A stretch of 64,000 bases of DNA from Lama glama (taxonomy: Eukaryota): the NCBI GenBank assembly GCA_028534125.1, contig CM052816.1, positions 63,552,001 through 63,616,000 of the forward strand, in the 5' to 3' direction. The first letter of the stretch is position 1. The number at the start of each line of letters is the position of its first letter. Positions 25,254 to 35,608 of this stretch are shown piece after piece. Made by a program: the position numbers and the translations under genes. The notes below the pieces were generated by a model. The model worked only from the letters and a program-made list of their open reading frames with translations, did no database searches and had not been told where the DNA came from.

Positions 25254-25626
25254 CTGTTATGGACTGAAAGTTTGTGTCTCCCCACCCTCCAAATATGTGT
25301 GTTGAAATTCTAACACCCAAAATGAGGGCATTAAGAGGTGGGGCATTTGAGAAGTGACTGGTAAAAGTGGAGCCCTCATGAGTAGGACTGTACCCTTGTA
25401 AAAGACACTCTGGAGAACTGCACCCCTTCCACCAGGTGAGGATGTAATGTGTGGACGGCCAGCTTTGAATCAGGAAGCAAGTCCTCACCAGATGTGGAAT
25501 CTGCCAGTCCCTTAATATTGGACTTTCCAAGATCTTCCAGCCTTCAGAACTGTGGGAAACAAATTTCTGTTGTTCATAAGCCACCCAGTCCAAGTATTCT
25601 GTTACAGCAGCCTGAACAGACTAAGC
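25254..25626 (+). mobile_element. MaLR LTR (MLT1A/MST-like)
   Basis: TGTTATGGACTGAA...TTGGACTTTCCA...CAGAACTGTG...GCAGCCTGAACAGACTAAG. Confidence 0.8.
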
Positions 25627-25826
25627 TGCCTCCCAAGACCTTCTCTGAAAGAACATGACCTCTTTCAGCCGGTGGCTGCCTTACAGCTTCTGCTTTGCCT
25701 TCTGTCCTCAAGGCTCCTTCAGTATTCCATTTTCTACAAGTAATTGTAGAAATACATACAACATTTGAATTCTACAGGCAGGCAGATTTCAAAGGAAGGA
25801 GAAAGAATGGGTTGAATTGCACATAC

Positions 25827-25952
25827 CTCAATTTCTTCCTTCAAATTCATCGTCAGATGCCTCTCTCCTCTGTAGAAGGCAGTGAGTAGTGAGAAAAAAG
25901 ACTCTAATGGAAATGTTACTTTAATGGAAGTTCCAAGGCATGAAAACATCAG
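25827..25952 (-). pseudogene. Candidate 126-nt exon
   Basis: Acceptor TTTTCCCCTCACAG|C (25952) and donor GAG|GTATGT (25827). Length is a multiple of 3 and the phase-0 frame is open. Confidence 0.45.
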
Positions 25953-26929
25953 CTGTGAGGGGAAAATGTTCCTGATTAATAGTTTACTTGTAACTACCTA
26001 CTATACAATTATACTTAAATACGTCACACAGGCATACTGAACTTAAAATCTATCATACAGAGCTCATTATTTTTAAATACATTCCAACCTCAGAATCTGT
26101 ATTTCCATTTGTATCCTTTTATCTAACCAGCTACCTATTTACTTGAAAAAAGTCTGGGAATCATCTTGGATCCCCCTTGGCCTCCCTACCATCCCACTCA
26201 ATCAACAGGTTTTGTATTTTAGGTTTTAATTCTCTCCAGGATCAATATTTCTATTGCTTTAAGTTGAGGCTACTACTACCTCTCATTTGGATTATTACAA
26301 CCACCTTCTAGTTAATCTCTATCTAGATTTACCTTCTTCAAGTCCATTTTGCCATACTGCATCTAGATTAATCTTTCTAAAATTCATATCTCATGAAATG
26401 ATACTCCTGCCTAAAACCTTCCAGCAGCTCCTCACTGTACTATGGTGTTTGTCAAAGTGCGGTCTCTTTGACTAGAATCATTTGGATGGCGTATTAGAAA
26501 AGCAGATTCCTAGGCCCCATCAGAGACATTTTTAACTTGTATTTTTAGAAAGTGGTTTTTATGCATAAAATTTGGGGGGATGGTAATCTGTAAGATGGCA
26601 TTTAGGGGTATACAAGCCCCCTCGGTATTTGGCCTCTCTTACCTATTTCATTTTCCTTTTCACCACTACCTCTGCCATTTGTGTTCTAGGCAACATGCAT
26701 GCTTTCTTTCTTTTTTTTCAATTTGTAATTACTTATTTATTCTTTTTGGAAACATGTTTTCTATCGAGCCATTTCATACTTCTTTGTCTTTGAATATGCT
26801 GATTCCTTAGCTTGGAGCATAGTTTTCCCTTAACTGTCTTCCATCTTATGAAAACATTTTATCCTTAAAAACCTTATTACTCTCTCTCTCTCTCTACACA
26901 CACACATGATCAATCAATCAATCAATCAA

Positions 26930-27316
26930 TCATCCATATCTCTCTATATATGGACTTGTACAACTGTGGAAGCTAGTTAAGCAGTCTCTTTAGGACTGTT
27001 GTCTCTGTGTCTGCTGATATGCAAGGGAAGAAGGATGTAAAGTGGGAAAGATGACTAAAGACAGGCTGGAATCCATAAGCTTCAGATATGATCCCACAAG
27101 GACCAATGACAACCTGTATTCATTCTTGTTGCCTCTGACCTTGGTGATGAGGGTATCCTGCAGAAACTGGGGCTCTTTGGCATGGAGATAAATATACACA
27201 CTTGGACCAGGAGTTGGAGCTGAAGAATGATCCAGGGGAAGATATAGCATATAAGATGGTGAATTCTAGGAAATATTCCACCCAGCCAAGTTGATAAATT
27301 AAAAAACTATCACACA
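26930..27316 (-). mobile_element. ERVL LTR (MLT2F-like)
   Basis: GTTAAGCAGTCTCT...GATCCAGGGGAAG...AGCCAAGTTGA...CTATCACA follows my recollection of the MLT2F layout. Confidence 0.7.
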
Positions 27317-27799
27317 TTGGATAACCTAGCTTAGGCAGGATGGTCTCATTGGTGAGATATCTGCACAGCGACTAAGGTGAGGGATTTGGCCAAGAGAATA
27401 AATGAGATGACCAAGATGTGCAAAGGCCCTGAGGCAATAACATCAGGATGGAGGACTCTGGAGAAGAGTCAAATACCTAAGCCAAAAGAAGGACAAGGTC
27501 CAGCTGAGTGTCAGGAATAGTTTGCACTAACATCCTAACACTATCATGTCTTCCTTCTGCCATTTTGTTTCTCTCTGTGTTAACTTCATTCTTCTTTGCC
27601 TAAGACTGCTTTCCTTCACCTAGTGGAAATACTTAAGCATTTAAGTTTTACATTTTATAAGTTCATTCATCAAAGAGAATCTGTCTTTATATTTTCTGTG
27701 ATAGTCCATCAAAAAAACTGGGAGGAAATTACTTATTGGCCTTACTTGGTTTAGTTATCCATCCTTGAATCAATTATGTAGTACCAAAGGATGGGGTAT

Positions 27800-28410
27800 G
27801 GTATTAATGATCTGTTTCTTCACAACAAATTACCCTAAAATTTAGCAGCTTTAAACAGCAACGACTACCTAGTTTCTCACAATTTCTGTGCAATAGGAAT
27901 TTAGTAGCAGCTCAGCTGGGTGGTTCTATCTTGGGCAGACGCTGGAGGCATTTCTGATGAAGTTGCAGTCAAGATGTCAGCTGGAGCAGCAATGATCGGA
28001 AGGCTTGACTAAGCTGAAGGCTCCACTTCCAAGGGGACTTATTTACATTCCTGCTAAGTTCACATGGAGGCCTCGGTTCCACACCACATGGACATCTTCA
28101 TAGGGTTGCTTGAATGTTCTTAAGACATGTTCCCCCAGTGAGAGTGATCTAAAAGAGCAAGGCAGAAGCTATAATATTTTCTTTTTAAAAAATCTTTTGT
28201 TAACTAAAATTTATTTTTATCTTTTATTGAGGTATAATATATAGTAACATATATTACATAGTTGTAATATTTTCTGTGACCTAGACATGGAAGTCATACT
28301 CTGTTTTCTCTTAGTATTGTAATAGTTACACAGGTAAGCCTTATTCGGTGTGGGAGGGGACTACACAAGTGTGTGAATGACTGGAGGTGAGATTCACTGG
28401 GGGCAATTTG
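27800..28410 (-). mobile_element. MaLR LTR (MLT1F/G-like)
   Basis: AACAAATTACCCTAAAATTTAGCAGCTTTAAACA...CTCAGCTGGGTGGTTCT. Confidence 0.75.
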
Positions 28411-29959
28411 CGGGGCTGGATACCAAGGGTACTGTGATTTGCACAGCTTGCATTAGGTTTCTAGCCTATGTGGCCAGAGTGGAGATAATATATGAGATCA
28501 TGTAAGAACATTCAACTCCCGTGGGTGAAGAGAAGAGGCACTAAATAGATGGAAAACATGAAGAAGAAATAGCTAGAAAAATTGGGGGAAGAATGCTGGA
28601 GAAAACATAAGTGTCAATTACTAGTCAGAATGTTAAAAAAAAATCTCCTTTGTTCATACTTTGCATGCACTTCTGTGCATACTACATTGCAATCACTCAT
28701 TTACAAATATTTCTCTTCTGCTAGAGTATGAGATCTCCTTCATCTCTGAGTCTACATCACCAAGTATGCTGTCTGGCACAATACAGACAACTAAATATAT
28801 GTGAACTGAACTGAACTAAACAGATAGAGGACATGAGCCAAGTTCTTAAATAATTAAAGGTATGGTTAGGATGAACACAAAATTAACATCAAATCTCAGA
28901 TTAGAAGGCATTTATTGATACTTGAAAGACAAGCTCTTTGGATGAAATGAGTTAAAAGTTTATGAAATTTATATCTTCAAAAGGTAGAACAGACTGAAGT
29001 ATAAGTAATTTAAGTATTAAATACATAAAAATTTATTGAATAAGTGAATGTTAGGACTTTTTGTTGGTTCTAGGAATAGGGACCCAGCTCACGCTAACTT
29101 AACAATAAAAGGAGGGTAGATTTATTGGAAAGTAACTGGAGTAATTAGTGGAATCCAAGAGGCACCAGATGTTCAAGAATAGAGCTGCTAACTGTAGCAC
29201 AAAAGGAAACCCAGGATTCTTCTCCTTATCTCCCTTATCTCTGCTTTCTCCCCACATCTTTCACTTTCTCAGTGCAGATCAGCTTTCTTGTTTGCAATCT
29301 AAGTGTCAGTAGGAACAGTTCTCAAGTTAGCATTTATAGAGCAGCTACTTAGCAAGAGATGATCTGTTCTTCTTAGCTCCAGTTTTTAAATTCCTGGGAA
29401 GTGAGCAATAGACTCATTTAAGGTCAGGTACCCACTCACAAGGCTAATTGATCATGCCTAGGGGCAGTGTCATATTATAGAAATATTGCAAAACCTGTTG
29501 CATCCCTAGAGAATGGATAAAAGGATGGGGGTAATTTCTGGAAGATAGTTGCTCAGTAGACAAAACAATAGGTATCTGCTCAGTGAAGGTTTAGATAAGT
29601 GAAGGGATGACATATTTGTTATAAAACACGAAGTTCGTTCAAGGTTCAACACAGTCTCTGGAGTTCGATATGAAATCACAAGATAGACTCAGTGTCACTG
29701 TAAGAAATGGTTGGCTGGAATCTTGATCTGAGACAGGGTAACATTTCTCATGTTCTAGTCACTTTTATTACAACATCATCCTGGCTAGGGTGAAAACACT
29801 GTCTTCATTGCTACATCTAATGAAAAGGGTTTAATTAAGATTTTAATTTCCTTTGCTGACATGTTGAGGAAGGTGTCAGATGAGATTAGCTATAGATTAC
29901 AGCTTTAACTACATTATTTAGCTATAAAGGAAGATTCAGATGGCTTTTATAACACCTAC

Positions 29960-30032
29960 CTCCTTCTAAGATTTTGGTGACAACAGTAGTAGATTTGCTA
30001 ATAACTGACTTCAGCATCTGGGAGTTTAATGC
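29960..30032 (-). pseudogene. Candidate 73-nt exon
   Basis: Acceptor AAACATAG|G (30032) and donor GAG|GTAGGT (29960). Open frame ALNSQMLKSVISKSTTVVTKILEG with a phase-1 end that fits the next acceptor CCTTTTCATTAG|AT at 29816 (G|AT = D, then VAMKTVFSP). Confidence 0.45.
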
Positions 30033-30267
30033 CTATGTTTAAACTCAAAAAAATTTAATGCTACCTACTCTTTTGTTTCATGTACTTTGGCAAAAAAGAA
30101 AGTATCTCTAAAAGGTTTTAAGGCTGCTATTACAAATGTTGCTATTATAGTAAAGTAGAAAATGTGAAGCTATTGAATGTGAATGTATGGAACAATATAT
30201 TCTTGATCTAGTTTTTAAAAGGAAGAGAAAGTATGATCAGAGTGAAGTTACCTCCGTAAAACATTGC

Positions 30268-30630
30268 TGTCTTAGTCTGTTTGGGCTGCTATAACAAAAT
30301 ACCAGAGACTGGTAGCCTATAAACAACAGAAATGTATTTCTCATAGTTCTGAAGGCTGGGAAGTCCAATATCAAGGCACTAGCAAATTCAGTACCTGGTG
30401 AGAGGTGGCTTCTTCGATGGCTGTCCTTTTGTCACAATCTCACACAGCAGATGGGGCCAGGGAGCCTTCAGGGTCTCTTTTATAAAGGCACTACTAACTC
30501 CATGTATAGGAGCTTTACCTTCATGACCTAATTATCTCCCAGAGACCCCCTCACCTCTTAATAGGAAGTTAGAATTTCAAAGTATTTCAACATATGAATT
30601 TGGGAAGAACATGAACTTCAAACCATAGCA
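30268..30630 (-). mobile_element. MaLR LTR (MST/MLT1A-like)
   Basis: TGTCTTAGTCTGTTTGGGCTGCTATAACAAAATACC...AACCATAGCA. Confidence 0.8.
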
Positions 30631-30667
30631 GTTTCTATCAAGTGCCTGGCTTCTAATTATCAGGGAT

Positions 30668-30669
<2 letters not shown>

Positions 30670-30721
<52 letters not shown>

Positions 30722-30747
30722 TGTCTGTGTGTGTGTGTGTGTGTGTG
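30670..30747. repeat. (TG)n microsatellite, interrupted
   Basis: Direct reading. Confidence 0.95.
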
Positions 30748-30799
30748 TTGTGGGGAAAGGACTGGGAAGAATGAAGACTATTCTTAGATCCTTTCTTCA

Positions 30800-31252
30800 A
30801 TGGCCCTCAAACAAAAGCTTTGTTTCATTGTTTGTCATATACTACATTCACCACTTTTTTGACAGTACCGCTGAAGCCAGCATTAGAACCAGGGAAACAT
30901 GACCTCCACAACAGCAGTGTTTCCTGCTCATCCCCGCCTTTGTGTGGGCTGAGGGCAGAGGAAGCATATACCAACCTCCTTCACTGCTTGTGGACTTTTC
31001 TTGCTCATTTTTCCCTTGGGCTTCCATGGATCCTGACTTCTGGCCTTTATACATTGCTAGGACCATGATTAATGCCATTAGCTCTTTCTATCAGGTCTAG
31101 CCTTTGTCTACAGTCTTGTTATTCATTCATTTGGTTTCTACTGAGGTTCAAATTTTGGTGTAATGATCTTCTCTGTTAAACTCATCAATGCCAACATTTA
31201 CTGCTCATTGTAATTATGATTCTATTTCCTTTAAATAATCAATGGTCAACTC
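30800..31252 (-). pseudogene. Candidate decayed exon (hydrophilic, linker-like)
   Basis: Acceptor CACTTGTAG|G (31252); frame ELTIDYLKEIES*LQ*AVNVGIDEFNREDHYTKI. Donor not identified. Confidence 0.35.
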
Positions 31253-31937
31253 CTACAAGTGACTTCTATGAACTTTGGCAGATTTACACTTACTTCTATC
31301 TTCTTTCTTTTCAGGTATTTTATTATCAAAATGTCTCACATTTTGTAAAATCTGTGTATTCTTGCCACTTGTGAATATAATTTTTAGAAATGAATGAAAG
31401 ACAAAGTAAATGTGCTCTAAGCTTCTGGGTGACTAATTCACCCAGTGTCTGTAGTCTAGGTGTCTGTAGTCTAGACGAGAAAGATGATAAAGCTTTTGTC
31501 GGTCATACAGAGAGATAGGACCCAAAGGGAAGTAGGACCATTAAATTCTGAAAGACTCCACACAAAGATGGGGAGACAAAGTCCCAAACAAAACTGGAAT
31601 TCACTTGTTTGGACCTGCCCAGTATTAGTCATATGTCAGCCTGATTATATAGTAATCAGAAGCTTAGAAGTAACAAATTACATAGAGCTAAGAAATCTCT
31701 CAAATGGATTTGTCCCTAAATTCATGGCTTTCATTGTGTCATTATTTTTGTAGCACTCATGTTGTGATTTAAATTAATACCTTCCTATGTCCTATGTTTC
31801 CTTTTTAAACTTATTCTCCCAAATTCCTCCAAAATACTTTTGAGTTAGGAGTTTGTGCATGGAACAAAGTAAGTTCCAACAGACATTTGTTAAATGAATG
31901 AACATAAATAGGACAGAATAATAGATGCCTTTATTGA

Positions 31938-32260
31938 AGGCTTCTTAACTTATTTTGTGTCTGGACTTCCTTGGTAGTCTAATGAAGCCTATGGACTTAC
32001 CTCAGAATAAGGTTTTTAATGCATAAAATAAAATACATAGGATTACAAAGGAAATCACATATACTGAACAAATAAAGTATTTCTAAAAATTGAGATAAAG
32101 TGATACATGGATTTCTTTATCAACCCATTACATTAAATGATCATGTCCCATAACTACCATAATTTTCAAATGCATAGTGATGAATATAATGATATTTTGA
32201 GATGTCGGCAATGACTATAATGAGGTTTGAAAACATGTGAAATTTCTATTAGTGACAGTA
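31938..32260 (+). mobile_element. hAT-Charlie element (MER119-like)
   Basis: TGAAGCCTATGGAC...CTCAGAATAA...AATGCATAAAATAAAATACATAGGATTACAAAGGAAA. Confidence 0.7.
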
Positions 32261-33070
32261 TGTGTGCTAAGGCTGCGATCTCCTGATGTTGTCAGCATCT
32301 GCTCCATGACCCTGGGTCTGTGTCCTCTCTTACCTGGGACCCAAAGTAACCCTACTTGTACTCGGCATTTCTGAAAGTCTCTCAGGAAAGCTGACCCTTC
32401 AGACTTCTTTGCTTTTCATCTCCTGCAAGCAACTTCCGGAAGTTCCCGCTTTCCTACCCTCTTCAGAGGAATAAGTGATACTTTAGACAAGTGAAGGGAT
32501 GCTTATTAACCACCTTCCCTCTGCCCCCCAATCAACAACAACTTAAAGACATAGTTCTGGTTTTGTCTTTCACCCTGTGTGGTTTCAATTCCTCGGATAA
32601 CAACATCACATTATTTATTTGGGATTTCCTTCCAGACATTCTGGTTTTGGAATTTTGAAATTTGTATTGATTGTCTTTCTGTGCTTATTGACATCATAAC
32701 CCAGAAGGTGTGTTGCCTGATATACATCAGTCTGTCACCCATCTGGCTGAAATGATGGTCCCAGCTGCTCCTGAACCTACTGAACAGTCACCTACATCTT
32801 AATACCAAAAGTCAAGGAGTCAGTAGGTTGCAGCTATATTTTAGGGTGACACTCAAAACAAACCCTTTTGTCTAAGACCTGACCCCACCTTAAATATTAT
32901 AGGTATTTCCTGGGTTCAATCCTGAGCACTCTTCTCATAATCTCCAATAATTCCCAGGCTTGGTTACTCTGGGTCCTTCACTCTATTCCATTGATTCCTT
33001 CTCTGGAGAACTGGATCCTGCATTTTGTGTTCTCTTTCTGTTGGTTGGAGTCCTATTCTGAATAGACAGA

Positions 33071-33426
33071 GTGATGGTTAATTTTATGTCAACTTGGCTA
33101 GGCTATGGTACCCAGTTCTTTGGTCAAATATCAAGCCAGATGGTGCTGTGAAGGTATTTTTAAGATGTGATTAACATTTAAATCAGTATACTTTGAGTAA
33201 AGCAGGTTATCCTCTATAATGTGTGGGTGGGCTTCATCTAATCAGCTGAAGGCCTTAAGCGAAAAGACTGAAAAAGGAGCTCTGCCTCTAGACTGCATTA
33301 TGGGTCTCTAACCTGCTGGTCCCTCCGTGTATTTCACACTTGCCAGTTGCCACAGTTGCATGAGCCACTTCCTTAATCTCTCCTAGTCCTAATGGTTCTG
33401 TTTCTCCAGAGAACCTGACTAATACA
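33071..33426 (+). mobile_element. ERVL LTR (MLT2-like)
   Basis: GTGATGGTTAATTTTATGTCAACTTGGCTAGGC...GAACCTGACTAATACA. Confidence 0.85.
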
Positions 33427-33963
33427 GATTCATTGTCCTGAACCCCCTGACTTTGAGTTTTGCTCTTTGTTTGGGCTTCACCCACTGTCATGTGATTTTG
33501 ACCTGTCCCCACCAATATCTACACCTGACTGTCCCAAACATGACTTTTCCCATTTCTTGGAACACTGGACATTTTATTTCCCAGCAGCCCTTGCTGGCAC
33601 CAGCTCTGCAGCAGGATCAGTTTTCTCCTAACCTTCTCCCATCATTTCTGGTTCTCTTCTGTCTTCTTCCCAGACAACATGGATGAGGTCCCAGAAAGTC
33701 TAGTGCTTGAGTCTGGTTATGAGAGAAATCTTGTTCCTTCTAAACATAGCTCTAAATGTTCTAAGCATATCATTAGTCCCAGCTATTAAAACATAGATAT
33801 TTTCCTTGATAAATGAATAGATTCATAATCTGGTTCTCAGTCCATTTCTTACGAGTTTGATTAGTGGGAGGTAGTCATCCAGAACCAGTGCAATTCTGAT
33901 TGTATGAATGAAATTGAATTTTCATGCCAGCAAAGTTGAGTTGGTGAATTAAGTAAAGGTATC

Positions 33964-34377
33964 TGTATTAGCTTCCTAGGGCTTCTATAACAAATTACCT
34001 CAAATTCTGTGGGTTAAACAACAGAAAATTCATTCTCCCACAGTTCAGGAGGCCAGAAGCCCTCAAATCAAAGACTTCTCTCCAGAGGCTTTAAGGGCAA
34101 TTCCTTCCTTGCCTCTTCCAGCTTATCGTGGCCGTCAGCATTCCTTAGCATCCTTGGCTTTGGTCTCATCACTTCAGTCTTTGTCTCCATCTTCACATCA
34201 CCTTCTCCTCTGTGTATCTGTGCCAATTTCCCTCTGTATTTCTCTTACAAGGACACTTGTGTCAGCATTCAGGGCCCACTCAGATAATCCAGTGTAACTC
34301 ATCCAAAGGCAGCAGTCACAGGTTCTGGAGATTAGGACATGGGCAGATCTCCAGGGAGTCATTTTCAACCTACCACA
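33964..34377 (-). mobile_element. MaLR LTR (MLT1C-like)
   Basis: TGTATTAGCTTCCTAGGGCT...ACCTACCACA with 5-bp TSD GTATC/GTGTC. Confidence 0.8.
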
Positions 34378-35405
34378 GTGTCCTTTTGCAACAGCCAACT
34401 CTCTCTTTGACTTCTCTTAATTTCAAGAGCAGTTTCTTAAAAAGTTCTGTGTGAAAAATGCAGGTGGAGTTATTTTAAATGGGTCAGTATAACATGGAAA
34501 TTGCACATTCCACAGAATAAGAGTGGGAAATACCATATCAAGAATGTTACATCCACATTCTTCGCAGATTTCTTTGCAGATTCAATGATATGAGGCAGAG
34601 AGTATGTAAAAAATTGACCTTCATAGAGCTTACCATGCAAAATGCATCAAAGAAAGCCCAAGAGCAAAAAGTGAACATCATTTGACTTCTGATGACCCTA
34701 ATTATTCACAAGATAATGAAATCCAAATGTATAATTTCATATTCATGATAGGACAGACAGATGCTCTAGTAAAATGGATGTTTGCAACACTACTAATATG
34801 TTGGCTTGTAGCGCAAGAAAGCAGTCAGATCCAGTTGTGACTTACTAATAATTGGCAAAAAGACTTCCTACAGCATTTTTCTTAAGAATATTTTAATCAT
34901 CAGTGAAGCTTTTGCTCAATAAATATTTGCTGGATGAATGGATGGATTTCTTGAGCACCGTGATATTGCTAGAAGCTGTGATGGGACAGTCTGTGCTTTC
35001 TCTCACTGTTACAAGGTGGACAGCGAAAGTGTTTTGAGAAGGAACTTTTCCACACCAGTAGGAATCTATTTTAGGAAATCTAATACCATTCATAGCTTCA
35101 ATTTTCCAAAGTATTCTCTCCTGGATGGGTAACCTCCATGGGAGAATCAGAGTCATTCCTATTGGATTTTAGTCCTCATGTCAATAACTGAGAAATAAAC
35201 TTGTTCTTCAGTGGGTTACTGATGAATTTGAGTATTAACATGTCACACTTAACCAGTGACATTTACCTAGTGAAAAATACCAATTGTATCAATACATATG
35301 ATTGTACTCAACGAAAGTTATGGCTTTGCCTTAAAATATTACTTTAAAATGTTTTGAACTTAAAAGTCTGACTTCTATATCCCATTTTTTCTATATCCCA
35401 TTTTT

Positions 35406-35608
35406 TTGTTTTTAATCACTTTTATTTTTTTAAACATTTTTTATTGAGTTATAATAATTTTACAATGTGTCAAATTCCAGTGTAGAGCACAAGTTATACA
35501 TGAACATACATACATTCATGGTCACATTTTTTTTTGCTGTGAGCTACCACAAGATCTTGTATATATTTCCCTGTGCTATACAGTATAAACTTGCTTATCT
35601 ATTCTACA
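35406..35608 (-). mobile_element. Short 5'-truncated L1 (3' UTR only)
   Basis: Reverse complement of an L1 3' end similar to 61314-61371; TSD TCTATATCCCATTTTT. Confidence 0.9.

Noticed and set aside
26990..27317. Minus-strand ORFs with VEYFLEF and PQFLQ...EYRLSLVL, superficially like the RGS22 N-terminus
   Set aside because: The whole segment follows an MLT2F-like LTR, so the resemblance is coincidental. It is a caution about matching motifs by eye.
30669..30902. CV-repeat ORF
   Set aside because: Translation of a (TG)n microsatellite.
31445..31474. 15-bp tandem duplication; similar short tandems at ~45114-45140 and ~56919-56945
   Set aside because: Ordinary slippage duplications with no spacer structure; not CRISPR-like.
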